NCBI GenBank assembly: GCA_965230295.1
Contig: OZ246001.1
Coordinates: forward strand, 2,464,001-2,528,000
Source: Marinicella sp.
GTDB lineage: Bacteria; Pseudomonadota; Gammaproteobacteria; Xanthomonadales; Marinicellaceae
DNA length: 64,000 nucleotides
Direction: 5' to 3'
Both the position numbers and the translations under genes were made by a program. Shown one piece after another: positions 22,007 through 32,608 of the stretch (within the stretch, counting starts at the first letter, position 1; every line of letters begins with the position of its first letter). Below the pieces are notes generated by a model that saw nothing but the letters and a program-made list of their open reading frames with translations, was not told where the DNA came from and did not search any database.

Positions 22007-22497
22007 AAACCATTCAATTAATCAGGCACGCCAAGTCCAGTTGGGAATACTCGCATTTAAGCGACCGGAAGAGGCCTTTGAGTAACAGAGGAATGAAAGA
22101 CTACAGAATCATGGCAGAGGCGTTACAACATGCAGGGGTGGCATTCAATCACATATATTGTAGTGTTGCTCAACGAGCGCAACTCACCATACAGGGTTTG
22201 GCTGAGTGTTGGCAAGGTCGTTCTTTTGAATGGCAAGTGACTGATTCGATGTATGCGTTTTCAAGTTCACAAATTTGGCAGTTTACCAAGGGACTTGATG
22301 ATGACATAGATCAGGTTTGTTTGGTTGGTCACAACCCGGCCATGACTGATTTCATCAACCAAGCCTGTGCGGCTGAGCTTGAAAACTTCCCGACCTGTGC
22401 TTATGCCAAAATTGGGTTCCCTACAAATCTTTGGAGCGAGATTGATCAACAACAAGGTGAATTGATCGATTTATTGCGACCTAAAATGTTTAAATGA
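22003..22497 (+). CDS. SixA-like histidine phosphatase
   Basis: LIRHAKSSW, R.LS.RG, LVGHNP. Confidence 0.9.
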   Translation: MKTIQLIRHAKSSWEYSHLSDRKRPLSNRGMKDYRIMAEALQHAGVAFNHIYCSVAQRAQLTIQGLAECWQGRSFEWQVTDSMYAFSSSQIWQFTKGLDDDIDQVCLVGHNPAMTDFINQACAAELENFPTCAYAKIGFPTNLWSEIDQQQGELIDLLRPKMFK

Positions 22498-22670
22498 GGA
22501 ATCATCGGGTAAGCTTGGTCACACCCTCATCATCGATATCATTGTTGATTTCATTTTGATGCCATTGTCACATGGCTCGGGAAAATATCATGCCAGTCGT
22601 GTGAAGCTGATCTCAATTACCGTGCCGGGGTTGTGCTAATATCAATGGTTTATATGATGAGGAAGGGCTC

Positions 22671-22892
22671 ATGTTGCGAATTATTATGTTGATTTTGGTG
22701 TCGTTCACCTTGTTCTCTTGTTCGTCTGATGATGGCAAAAACAATCAGCAAGCTGCGGTTGATAAAAAGAATAACAAAGAGCATATGCTCAGTGATCAGG
22801 AAAAACTGTTGGAAAAAGCCAGAAAAGCCGAGGAAGAAATAAAAAAAGCTGATGAGAAAAGGCGCAAAGCATTGGAAGACCAGGGCGGTTGA
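22671..22892 (+). CDS. small lipoprotein
   Basis: lipobox LFSC after hydrophobic signal, charged helical tail, SD-like GGAAGG upstream. Confidence 0.75.
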   Translation: MLRIIMLILVSFTLFSCSSDDGKNNQQAAVDKKNNKEHMLSDQEKLLEKARKAEEEIKKADEKRRKALEDQGG

Positions 22893-23075
22893 CTGATTCG
22901 GATCAGTCATTCATTTTAGGTTCATATTACTGGGTTATTATTGATTGGTTCAATAAGGCGCTTTTACTGAATGTTGAGGGTCATTGAGTGAAGCCAATAA
23001 CAATAAGTGGCATGACTGCCAGTTGTGTAGAGTGACTAGACGACACATCAGTGGTGCCAAACTGTGGAGAATGTC

Positions 23076-23714
23076 ATGAATAAATTTATTGTACTCATTG
23101 TTTTACTCTGTTTTCTTTCAGTCGGATCTGCAAAAAAATTGGGTTTAAAATTCGATATCCATGGAAACTTGGTTGGGCCGGATGATTATTTGGTTCACAA
23201 AGCTTTGATCGATGATGAAGAAGGTTATAAAAATGATGCCATGTGGCGCTTCAAGGAAGCAGCAGAGTATGGCAATAAACATGGGCAATATTATGCTGGC
23301 TTGTTGTATTTACAAAAAGATGATTACATCAATGGCTATGCCTGGTTGAAATTAGCCGGTGATCAATTCATGAACAATGCCAATTTGTTACCTGGTGTTA
23401 CCCAGGAACTCAAGAAACGGCAGCAACTGGCCCAAGCTGATGAGGCACTGAATGACTTAAAGCAAGAAATCAATTTTGAATCCACCATTGCCAAAAGAAT
23501 TAACTGGTTTAAAAGGATCAAGTTTGGTGGCTCAAACATCGGTGGTCACATCCCTCTCTTTTGGGAAACCCGATTGTATGATGGATTTTCTTTCAATGGA
23601 CCCAGAATCAGGGGTTGGCAACTGCGGAAAGAAATCAATACTTTTTTGTTTGAATACCGCTACCAAAAAGGTGATGTCAGGTTGAAAGAAATAAAATTGG
23701 CAGAGAACATGTAA
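23076..23714 (+). CDS. secreted Sel1-like repeat protein
   Basis: signal peptide, FKEAAEYGNKHGQYYAGLLY..GYAWLKLA. Confidence 0.7.
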   Translation: MNKFIVLIVLLCFLSVGSAKKLGLKFDIHGNLVGPDDYLVHKALIDDEEGYKNDAMWRFKEAAEYGNKHGQYYAGLLYLQKDDYINGYAWLKLAGDQFMNNANLLPGVTQELKKRQQLAQADEALNDLKQEINFESTIAKRINWFKRIKFGGSNIGGHIPLFWETRLYDGFSFNGPRIRGWQLRKEINTFLFEYRYQKGDVRLKEIKLAENM

Positions 23715-23759
23715 ATAAAAGGAATGTTCTTGGGGCTTCATTCTGGGAAATGGTCTGAC

Positions 23760-24342
23760 AGGTCTTCATATTTGCTGCGCAAATAAACCGGCCTTTACAG
23801 ACTATTGTCTGAGCAGTTGCTTCGCACTGCATGTCTGTTCCTGACAAAAGTGAAAGCGACTACTTACATGGATGTAAGTATGCAGCGATAGCAGGCAGGA
23901 ATTGTTCCCAACAATTCTCTGCATTCACCCCGTCCTGGGGATCGATGCGGTAGCTGCCGAGGCGAACATGACTTGCTACCTCGCACGCACTGCGGCATTC
24001 AAATCGGGCTTCTTTATCTTCGATAAAACCGCCCAACTTTCATTGCCTGTGCTATAACGCCATTCACATAAGGCTTCTTGACTGCGTCAAATCGCCATAT
24101 GCTCATTGGCTATTCTCTTCGCCTCTGATTGGCTTACATGGAAGTAAGTCCTCTGAGGAGGCAGGATGCCGGTATCAGAGGTGACTACATGGATGTAGGT
24201 CTGCCGCGATAGCGGCCGCAACATCAAAAGCTCACGGCTAATCAATCATTACATCAAGGCTTCTTTGCTTTGCAAAATCGCCATGATTGCATGATTTGCC
24301 TAACCGGCTCGGCGGGTCAAGCTGCTCAGCAGCTTTCCAATG
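23760..24342. repeat. cluster of palindromic REP/MITE-like units
   Basis: four GGC-TTC-stem-loop-stem-AYC-GCC hairpins and three ACATGGAWGT hairpins; 24321-24342 recurs exactly at 37568-37589. Confidence 0.7.
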
Positions 24343-24426
24343 TCCTTGGGCATTCAACCGCCTGAAAAACCCTTGAGTCGTGACATCAGGAAGGCTAAAC
24401 TGATTGTTTTTTTTGGAAGCAATAAC

Positions 24427-24927
24427 ATGGCCACCATTAATTTCAAAGGCAACCCCATTCAAACCAATGGCAATTTCCCACAAGTAGGTACCCAAGCACC
24501 AGATTTACAACTGGTTTTGGCTGACTTGAGTGAAGCCACTTTGTCAGATTACGCTGGCAAGCAAATCATTCTCAATGTCTTTCCCAGTATTGATACAGCA
24601 GTGTGTGCCTTGCAGTTGAAAACATTCAGTCAGAAAGCAGCACAACGTGATGATGTGGTTTTGTTGTTTGCCTCTATGGATTTACCTTTTGCGTTGAATC
24701 GATTTTGTGCGGCAGAAGGTGTTGATAATGCTGTGACAGGTTCCGATTTCAGACACCAAAGTTTGGCACAAAATTATGGAGTCAAAATGACAGATGGGCC
24801 TTTGGCCGGATTGTATGCCCGAGCCACATTGGTGATGGATGCATCACACCAGGTGGTTTACAGTGAATTGGTCGAAGATGTGGTTAATGAACCCAATTAT
24901 GATGCAGCCATGGCGGCTTTGGGTTAA
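24427..24927 (+). CDS. tpx: thiol peroxidase
   Basis: NVFPSIDTAVC, SMDLPFA..RFC..EG, EPNYDAA. Confidence 0.95.
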   Translation: MATINFKGNPIQTNGNFPQVGTQAPDLQLVLADLSEATLSDYAGKQIILNVFPSIDTAVCALQLKTFSQKAAQRDDVVLLFASMDLPFALNRFCAAEGVDNAVTGSDFRHQSLAQNYGVKMTDGPLAGLYARATLVMDASHQVVYSELVEDVVNEPNYDAAMAALG

Positions 24928-24942
24928 CTCATCCTGAAAGCA

Positions 24943-25536
24943 TCATATGAACCACTTGTCAGGCAAGTCAGGTGGTTGGTAATCAGCTAAATAGTCAACG
25001 GCATCTTCTGGGGTGCCGCTGATGTGGTACAACTGGCGGTATTCCGATTTGGCAAAATTTTCGCTGTAAATGTGCTCAAACATTTCAAACAATTTATCGT
25101 AATAGCCATCCGTGTTGAGAAACACAATCGGTTTTTCGTGGTAACCCAATTGTTTTAAGGTCATCACTTCCAACATTTCTTCCAGGGTGCCGAATCCACC
25201 TGCTAATCCGATAAAGGCATCGGCCAGATCAATCATCTTTGCTTTTCGCGTGTGCATGTCTGGTGTGATGATGAGTTCATCATCGATGGTATTGACCACC
25301 CCGTCGATACGCAAGGCTTCTGGGACCACGCCAACAGTTTTGCCTTGGTGGTTCTTGATTGACTTGGCCACTTGACCCATCAGGCCCACCATGCCACCAC
25401 CATAAACCAATTCCAAATTCTGGCTGGCCATGATAGCGCCGAGGTTCTCGGCGTGATCAAAATAAATCTTTTTGATGTGATCTGATGAGGAACAGTAGAC
25501 GGCGACTTTATGTATGTTTTTTGATAAATTGTTCAT
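24943..25536 (-). CDS. LOG family nucleotide monophosphate nucleosidase (TIGR00730-like)
   Basis: VYGGG..GLMG, MHTRK..M, GGFGTLEE. Confidence 0.92.
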   Translation of the reverse strand: MNNLSKNIHKVAVYCSSSDHIKKIYFDHAENLGAIMASQNLELVYGGGMVGLMGQVAKSIKNHQGKTVGVVPEALRIDGVVNTIDDELIITPDMHTRKAKMIDLADAFIGLAGGFGTLEEMLEVMTLKQLGYHEKPIVFLNTDGYYDKLFEMFEHIYSENFAKSEYRQLYHISGTPEDAVDYLADYQPPDLPDKWFI

Positions 25537-25553
25537 GTGTTTCGGGTTGTTTA

Positions 25554-26321
25554 TCAATCGGCTGTGGGATTGATGCGAAAGGTTTTGACGGTCACTGGCC
25601 ACCGCACTGATTTGGTTTCATCTTCACCCCACGCTTCACCCAGCTTCTCTAAAATCTGAATTCTGGGATCCTGGCCATGTTCTTCCATGTAACGTTGGGT
25701 GGCCGACCAGGTGCCTAAATAACCGACTAAATGTTTCAAAGTCCATTGTTTATTCATTTCACATTTAGGCGCTTTGATTGTTTCGAACGGGAATTCTATG
25801 CAGCCATAAGCCTGTTCAATGTGGCGTCGTTCCGGTGGCCAGAATTTGCCAATGATCTCATCATAATAATGTTGAATGACCGCATCAACTGCAGTTGAAA
25901 TGTGGTGGAGTTCATAACACCAAACTGCCAACACAGCATTGGGTTTGGCCACCCTTTTTACTTCTTGGAAGAAGGCCTTGAAATCAAACCAATGAAGCGC
26001 TTGTGCCACAGTGATCAAATCCACACTGTGGTCTTTCAAAGGACTTTGGTGGGCCAAAGCCACTTCATACTCTACCCGCGGATATATCATGGCCCGATAA
26101 ATTTGCGATTCACTGGCATCGGTGCCAATGACATAGGAAAAGTGATTGGTCAAGGCAACGGCTGCTTGGCCATTGCCTGTTGCACAATCCCAGGCCAGTG
26201 CTTGGTCTTCACACAATGAACTCAACCAGGCATATAATTCAGGAGGGTATTCAGGTCGATATACACTGTAATCCTCAGCTTGATTAGAAAAATGGTCTTT
26301 GAATAAAGCTTCGCTTGTCAT
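25554..26321 (-). CDS. class I SAM-dependent methyltransferase
   Basis: FKDHFS, WDCATGNGQ, DLITVAQALHWF. Confidence 0.92.
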   Translation of the reverse strand: MTSEALFKDHFSNQAEDYSVYRPEYPPELYAWLSSLCEDQALAWDCATGNGQAAVALTNHFSYVIGTDASESQIYRAMIYPRVEYEVALAHQSPLKDHSVDLITVAQALHWFDFKAFFQEVKRVAKPNAVLAVWCYELHHISTAVDAVIQHYYDEIIGKFWPPERRHIEQAYGCIEFPFETIKAPKCEMNKQWTLKHLVGYLGTWSATQRYMEEHGQDPRIQILEKLGEAWGEDETKSVRWPVTVKTFRINPTAD

Positions 26322-26330
26322 GGGTGGGTG

Positions 26331-28268
26331 TTACCTCTGTTGTGGTGGCTTTTTTAGCTTCCGGTATAAGAATCGATTGGGGTGAATTATCTTACACAAA
26401 TCAGCTTCAAGAGGCAAAGGTTCTGCCAAGATCATCGCAGTTAAATACTGGGCCAGTAGTGGGGCAGAAGTAAACCCCCTGGAACCCAAACCATTCAAAA
26501 TATATAAGTTGGGTGTGGGTTGGGCAGGGGGGTAAGATTGCCAATGCCTGCCATGGTGTAAATCATGGTAGTCATCCATAAACTGGTGTTGCTCAATAAG
26601 GGGACCACAAATGGGTAAGTGGTCTGGTGTGGTTGCCCTGATGGCCGCATGTCCTTTGGGTTCAGTGGCATTTTTCAGTGTCGAATAAATGTCATGACCT
26701 TGCCACAGTTTTAGGTTTCTTGCCCAATGATCAGGGTGTAGTTCTGCGGGTCTTAGGACTTGCTCCTCTGGTACATGATCAAAGGTGGCACCGCACAACC
26801 ACAATTCCGCATTGGCTTGTGGAATCACATACCCGTTATCAAGCAAGATGTGGTCTAAACTGGCCTCCGCAGGCGGCTTTACCGTGGTGGTTTGGCCGTG
26901 CTTGGCAGTCAACGATGAATCAACAGGGTGTAGCAACTGTTGTGCTTGTATGCCATTGGCCACTATCAGCAAGTCGCATTCATGAAATGGGCTGTCAACT
27001 TCATCAAGCAGTTGCCATTTTTGATCATCAGATTGTTTGATTTTTGCTGTCTTTTGTGAAATCCAATGGTCAACATCAGCCAACAAGCGTTGTGCCACAT
27101 TGCGGGTGTCGATGTAACCTGCTTTGGGGTAAAAAACATGGTGTTCACAGATCTTGACCAAATCTGCGGGCAAATTGGCGGCTGCCAGGCCGTTGCGCCA
27201 ACTCAGTTGTTTGGTTGATCTGAGTTCTTGTTGGACACCGATGCCATGCAATTCATCAGGTTGATAAAATGCCAGGGCTGTTTCGAATGCCCGCACATAT
27301 AATAAAGATTCAGGTGAGTCTTTGGCAGTCAGCAACGGCATCATCATGGCCATGCTGTTACCTGATGCCATTTGCATGGGCTCAGGGTGTTGGTCAATCA
27401 CAGTGGTTTCAAACCCGGCTTGTTTGAAGCTGTGGGCCAGGCACATGCCCGCAATACCTCCGCCTAAAATAGTGACTTTCTGATGGTGTCTCTGCGCAGC
27501 TGTTAAAGGCCACCAGGCATGTTTGTCCTGATCGGGTTGATGTGTTTTTTCACAGGTGGCGGTGATCATTTCTCTCTTTTTACCGTAACCGGGTTGTTTG
27601 TTGACTTTGAACCCCTGCGCAGTGAGGCTTTTTTGCACAGAAGAAGCTGCAGTGAATGTGGCCAGTGTGGTACCAGAGTTTGACAGCCGCTTAACTTCAG
27701 CGAAGAGACTGGGCTGCCACATTTCGGGATTTTTACTGGGAGCAAAGCCATCTAAAAACCAAGCATCCACATGTCCCTGGAGCTGAGACAATGATTCTGT
27801 TGCATCACCCAAAACCAACATCAATGTAATGCCTTGGCCCAAATTCAGGGTTTGGATTCCCAGACGGTGATTGCCCCAGACATTTAAAAGTTCTTCACTG
27901 TAGGGTTTGAGTTCTGGAAAGTGACTGTGTGCCTGTCGCATACTGCTGTGGTTGAGCGGATACTTTTCAAGGCTGATGTAATTAAGCTTGTTAGGCCTCC
28001 GTTGGCATTGATCCCATGCCTGTGACACGGCGAGAAAATTTAAGCCAGTACCGAACCCCGTTTCTGCTATACAAAAAGAGTCTGTTGTAGTGGCATTTTC
28101 CCAGCGTTTTATCAGTCGGTTTTGCTCAATAAACACATGTTTTGTCTCTGCTAAACCACCAGAATCATTGAAAAACACATCATTAAATTGACTCGAATAA
28201 GGCTGTTCATTCTTAATCAAGGCTTCATGAGGATTCAGGTAAGTCAATTGCAACATGGTCATGTGCAC
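26331..28268 (-). CDS. mnmC: bifunctional tRNA mnm5s2U34 biosynthesis protein
   Basis: ETGFGTGLNF, DAWFLDGFAPSKNP, GYGKKREM, GGGIAG FAD motif, GLGSRG. Confidence 0.95.
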   Translation of the reverse strand: MHMTMLQLTYLNPHEALIKNEQPYSSQFNDVFFNDSGGLAETKHVFIEQNRLIKRWENATTTDSFCIAETGFGTGLNFLAVSQAWDQCQRRPNKLNYISLEKYPLNHSSMRQAHSHFPELKPYSEELLNVWGNHRLGIQTLNLGQGITLMLVLGDATESLSQLQGHVDAWFLDGFAPSKNPEMWQPSLFAEVKRLSNSGTTLATFTAASSVQKSLTAQGFKVNKQPGYGKKREMITATCEKTHQPDQDKHAWWPLTAAQRHHQKVTILGGGIAGMCLAHSFKQAGFETTVIDQHPEPMQMASGNSMAMMMPLLTAKDSPESLLYVRAFETALAFYQPDELHGIGVQQELRSTKQLSWRNGLAAANLPADLVKICEHHVFYPKAGYIDTRNVAQRLLADVDHWISQKTAKIKQSDDQKWQLLDEVDSPFHECDLLIVANGIQAQQLLHPVDSSLTAKHGQTTTVKPPAEASLDHILLDNGYVIPQANAELWLCGATFDHVPEEQVLRPAELHPDHWARNLKLWQGHDIYSTLKNATEPKGHAAIRATTPDHLPICGPLIEQHQFMDDYHDLHHGRHWQSYPPAQPTPNLYILNGLGSRGFTSAPLLAQYLTAMILAEPLPLEADLCKIIHPNRFLYRKLKKPPQQR

Positions 28269-28346
28269 ATTATAGTGGAATATCCTGTGTGCATCATTTT
28301 GGACCGCAACTTGAAAATGGCTGCCCCACTTGATCCATGTGTCAGG

Positions 28347-28562
28347 TCATTCTTTTTTCAATACATTTTGCATCATGCCCTGGTTACACTCAGTACAAAT
28401 GTAATCTTTGGCTTTGAACGGGGCGTTGTTGCTTTGATAGTTATTAACTTTGATGTAAATGGTGTTGATGCGACAAGAACTACAGGTCAACCTGACAATT
28501 TGGTTCAATGACAATGGTTCAGCCGGGCCCATAAAAAAGTTGTTCGTAAAAGTTAAAACCAT
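28347..28562 (-). CDS. possible small zinc-ribbon protein
   Basis: 71-aa ORF with CSSC and CTEC in an otherwise empty intergenic gap. Confidence 0.4.
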   Translation of the reverse strand: MVLTFTNNFFMGPAEPLSLNQIVRLTCSSCRINTIYIKVNNYQSNNAPFKAKDYICTECNQGMMQNVLKKE

Positions 28563-28673
28563 AAAAATTATCAGCGATAAAGCCTCGGCATGGAAAGACT
28601 TTTGGACAGAAATTCATATTTTAAGATTGTTAGGGCGCTAAATTGCTTTGCCATCAGTTAAAATAGCCTGCAC

Positions 28674-31007
28674 ATGACAAAAATTGATCCTAAAATCTCA
28701 ATTCCGGACTACCGCATCATCAGAAAGATAGGTGAAGGGGGTATGAGTGTTGTGTACTTGGCCTATCAAGAATCATTGAAACGTGAAGTGGCCTTGAAAG
28801 TCATGCGTCCCATCATTTCTGACGAAGAAAATGTGGTCAGACGTTTTGAACAAGAAGCAGAAATCATTGCCAAGTTGTATCACCCCAATATCGTTAATAT
28901 CTATGAAGTGGGTCATGTAGATGATGAGGTTTTGTTTTATTCCATGCCATTTTTGCAACATGGAGATTTAACCACTTTTGCCTATCACAATGATGAAGAA
29001 TTGAAGCAAATGATCGCTGGTATTTGTGATGGTTTGTCTTATGCACACACACAAGGCGTTGTCCATCGAGACATCAAACCTGAAAACATCCTGTTTGACC
29101 AATTTGGCAATGTGCAGATTGCTGATTTTGGCATTGCATTGAGTACTGGCAGGCGTCGTTTTACCAAGGACAGTCGCATAGTGGGCAGTGTTTATTACAT
29201 GAGTCCGGAGCAAGCTCAGTCAAAACATGTGGATGCGCGCTCTGATATATATGGTCTCGGTGCCATTTTGTATGAAGTGTTGACTGGTGAGCCTGTTTAT
29301 GATGAAGACAGTGATTTGTCTCTTATGATGGCTCATGTTTCTGATCCAATTCCAGAGTTGCCAGCTGAAATGGCCCAATGGCAAGGTGTGATCAACCGTT
29401 GTTTGGCTAAATCACCCAATCAACGGTATCAAAACATGCAAGAATTGAAAAATGCAGTTTTGGCTGTTAATGCAGGAACACAGCCATTTTGGACTTTGAC
29501 CCGGATGGGATTTTTAGCCACTGCCATACTGGCTGTCATCAGCATCGGACTGGTATGGAAAGTGACCAACGATCAATCCCCTCCCATGCTTGCCAATGAT
29601 CAACAGACCACATCTGTAAAGGGCGAATCAGCAAGCAATGGAACTGCTACGCAATTGGATCAGGAGCGTGGTGCTGACAGCGACAATCAAGCACTGACGG
29701 ATGCTACTGTTTCGGATCAATCAATTGATTCAGAGTTGGCAGGAATCACAGCTGAAGTTGATGAGGTACCAGTGGTTAATTTACTGAGTACAGATCAAGA
29801 ACAAGAATTGTTACAAAAAGCACGCCGCAACATCCAAAGAAAACAATTGACCACCCCCAAAGACAACAATGCACTGGATCAAATATTGTTGCTGCTGACC
29901 AACATCCCTGATCACAATGAAGCTTTGGGCTTACTCTCGGATGTGATGGCAGGTTACTATGATTTGGTTTACCAGGCGGTGTTAAAAAATGATTTCAGTC
30001 AGGCCAAGACTTTTGCTGATTCTGTGTCAGAAGTGCGGCATCGTACCATACTGGTCAATGAAAATTTGTTGGCACAATTAGAACAAAACACTGAATTAGA
30101 ACGCTCATTGATGCTAGGCACAGTGGTCGAAAAGTTCAACACTGCCAAAAGTAAATTGGATCATGTACAAACCAATCAGTTGATCGCTTTGGTTGATCAA
30201 GTGGTGCCAGGTCAAGAGTTGGTAGATGAATTGATGGACTCGGTAAAAACCATGTTGCGACCTGGTCAGGTTTTGCGCGATAAAGAAGGCGTTAAAACTG
30301 TGGTCATCACGCCTCAGTATAGAAGTCGCAAAGGCCTGTTAAGCTATGGCCTGGCTGTGACCATGAGTGAAATTACTTGGGCAGAATATGATCGATTTGT
30401 CAGCGCCACCAGCCATCCATTGAAACGGTGTAAAAGCCAAATCAGTTCTAACATGATATTCAGCCAGCGCAATTACACCAAACCGGGGTTCAAGACCTTT
30501 GATGACATGCCGGTGGTTTGTGTCAGTTGGCCAGATGCCAACCAATATGCCCAATGGTTGAGTCAACAAACAGGACATACTTATCGATTACCTACGGCTC
30601 GAGAATGGCAACATTTGAAAAAGCTCAGTCAGCGAACAGTGGTATGTGGTGAGGCCAATTTAGCGGGGCAGGAACTGCAGGCCAAACTGAATGAAAAAGC
30701 CCAGGAAAAGCCCTTGCATGGCTGTCATGACGGGAGTTTATACGTGGCCAGAATCAATCAATACAAAAAAGACAGCCTGGGCTTGATTGGCATTCAGGGT
30801 AACGTCAGCGAATGGTTATCCGGATGTGAAAAATTGGGTAAATTCAAAGCCATTTTTAACAAAGATGACCAATGTGATAGCAACCCGGTAATAGGCCGGT
30901 CCTGGTTGTCAGGAACTGACGATACAGGTGATGTTCATGCCATCGATTTTGATGAAGCCTGGACTCATGTGGGATTTCGGTTGATCCGGGATCTGAGAAA
31001 GGAATAA
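28674..31007 (+). CDS. Ser/Thr protein kinase, TM helix and FGE-sulfatase-like domain
   Basis: GEGGMS, HRDIKPEN, DFG, YMSPEQ; C-terminal PVVCVSW.DA..Y..WL, RLPT..EW, GNVSEW, GFRL. Confidence 0.9.
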   Translation: MTKIDPKISIPDYRIIRKIGEGGMSVVYLAYQESLKREVALKVMRPIISDEENVVRRFEQEAEIIAKLYHPNIVNIYEVGHVDDEVLFYSMPFLQHGDLTTFAYHNDEELKQMIAGICDGLSYAHTQGVVHRDIKPENILFDQFGNVQIADFGIALSTGRRRFTKDSRIVGSVYYMSPEQAQSKHVDARSDIYGLGAILYEVLTGEPVYDEDSDLSLMMAHVSDPIPELPAEMAQWQGVINRCLAKSPNQRYQNMQELKNAVLAVNAGTQPFWTLTRMGFLATAILAVISIGLVWKVTNDQSPPMLANDQQTTSVKGESASNGTATQLDQERGADSDNQALTDATVSDQSIDSELAGITAEVDEVPVVNLLSTDQEQELLQKARRNIQRKQLTTPKDNNALDQILLLLTNIPDHNEALGLLSDVMAGYYDLVYQAVLKNDFSQAKTFADSVSEVRHRTILVNENLLAQLEQNTELERSLMLGTVVEKFNTAKSKLDHVQTNQLIALVDQVVPGQELVDELMDSVKTMLRPGQVLRDKEGVKTVVITPQYRSRKGLLSYGLAVTMSEITWAEYDRFVSATSHPLKRCKSQISSNMIFSQRNYTKPGFKTFDDMPVVCVSWPDANQYAQWLSQQTGHTYRLPTAREWQHLKKLSQRTVVCGEANLAGQELQAKLNEKAQEKPLHGCHDGSLYVARINQYKKDSLGLIGIQGNVSEWLSGCEKLGKFKAIFNKDDQCDSNPVIGRSWLSGTDDTGDVHAIDFDEAWTHVGFRLIRDLRKE

Positions 31008-31018
31008 AAAATACCATT

Positions 31019-31672
31019 ATGAATGAAACAGAATATGAAGCTGATGATACAGCTGCTAAAGAAGCCTTCTTTACGTCCAAAGAAGCTCGTGTGATTGCTT
31101 GTTTGATGGAAAAACAACTGACCACACCCAACAATTACCCATTGAGCATGAACTCATTGTTGTTGGCTTGTAATCAAAAAACCAATCGCGTTCCAGTGAT
31201 GAACCTCACTGAAGGAGAGGTTGGTCATACGGTGAGTCAACTGGAAAACAGGAACCTGGTTGGTGTTGATTATGGAGGTCGGGCCAATCATGTCACGCAT
31301 CGGGTCATGACAGAGTTCAACATCGACCGCAAACAACAGGCCATCTTGGCCGTATTGATGGTTCGTGAGCCAATCACCCTGAATGACATCAAAACCAAAA
31401 CTGGCAGAATGGAAGATTTTTCTGGTGTGGAAGATGTGTTGTCGGTGGTCGATTCATTGATGGATCGGGACGAACCTTTGGTGATTCGTATCCCCAAAGG
31501 CCCTGGTAGTCGCGAAGATCGGTACACCCACCTGCTGTGTGGTGATGTGGATGTGACAACTGTTGTTCAACAAGTGAAGAAGCCAACCAGTACCCAGGCT
31601 TCAAGGATTGATGAACTTGAGTCTCGGGTGGAGAAATTAGAAGCACAAATTCAAGCCTTGTTGAATCGATAG
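31019..31672 (+). CDS. YceH/DUF480 family protein
   Basis: EARVI.CL.EK..TTP..YPLS.N.L..ACNQK.NR.PVM. Confidence 0.92.
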   Translation: MNETEYEADDTAAKEAFFTSKEARVIACLMEKQLTTPNNYPLSMNSLLLACNQKTNRVPVMNLTEGEVGHTVSQLENRNLVGVDYGGRANHVTHRVMTEFNIDRKQQAILAVLMVREPITLNDIKTKTGRMEDFSGVEDVLSVVDSLMDRDEPLVIRIPKGPGSREDRYTHLLCGDVDVTTVVQQVKKPTSTQASRIDELESRVEKLEAQIQALLNR

Positions 31673-31702
31673 GTTGCAACATGACAAGCAAAGTAAGTGT
31701 AG

Positions 31703-32608
31703 ATGGCTGCAATCGATACCAAGCATAAATCACCCAAGTATGGCGTCATTACCATGCTGGTTGCTGCCTTGGTGATCAGTACTTCCAGTGTGTGGGTTAA
31801 ATTGGCAGACATGGGCGCCACTGTGATAGGTTTTTATCGCATGTTCATTGGTGGTTTGTTGTTGGTCTTCATTTGCCTGTGGCAAAGTAAGCCTTTGTGG
31901 CGCAACCTGAATTACTCCAAATGGTTGTTTTTGGGTGCCCTGTTTTTTGCCGCCGATTTGTGGTTTTGGCATCGCTCCATCGATTTTGTTGGGCCAGGCC
32001 TGGCCACAGTGTTGGGAAACGTTCAGGTGTTCTTTATGACCTTATTCGGTTATTTGTTCCTGAGTGAAAGAATCAGCTGGAAGTTTTTTGTCGGATTGGT
32101 GCTCACCTTTTTGGGTTTGTTTTTATTGGTGGGTTTGCAATGGGCCGAATTATCCGGTGACTACAGATTGGGGGTGTTTTATGGCTTGGCCACAGCCTTG
32201 GCTTACACCGGTTTTATGCTGTCGTTGCGCCATGTTCAGGCCATGCCGAACGCTTTGTCACCGATGGCCAATTTGGGCGTGCTTTCCATACTGTGTGCAG
32301 TGATCATGGCTGTTTTGGTTTTGTTGGAATCGGGTAGTTTTGCCATTCCTGATCTGACATCTGGTTTGTCTGTATTCCTGTTGGGGGTGTTTTGTCAGGT
32401 GGTGGGTTGGGTCATGATCACCAAAACCATGCCGACATTACCCACATCTATCGTGGGCTTGTTGCTGTTGTTACAACCGGCCATGTCAATGGTGTGGGAT
32501 GTGTTGTTCTTTAACCGTCCTACCGGACTGATGGATGGCATTGGCTTGTTTTTGGTGTTGTGTGGAATCTACCTGGCGACATGGAGGAAAAGGAGTCGAA
32601 ATGAGTAA
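31703..32608 (+). CDS. DMT (EamA) family transporter
   Basis: about 10 TM helices in two EamA-like halves. Confidence 0.88.
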   Translation: MAAIDTKHKSPKYGVITMLVAALVISTSSVWVKLADMGATVIGFYRMFIGGLLLVFICLWQSKPLWRNLNYSKWLFLGALFFAADLWFWHRSIDFVGPGLATVLGNVQVFFMTLFGYLFLSERISWKFFVGLVLTFLGLFLLVGLQWAELSGDYRLGVFYGLATALAYTGFMLSLRHVQAMPNALSPMANLGVLSILCAVIMAVLVLLESGSFAIPDLTSGLSVFLLGVFCQVVGWVMITKTMPTLPTSIVGLLLLLQPAMSMVWDVLFFNRPTGLMDGIGLFLVLCGIYLATWRKRSRNE

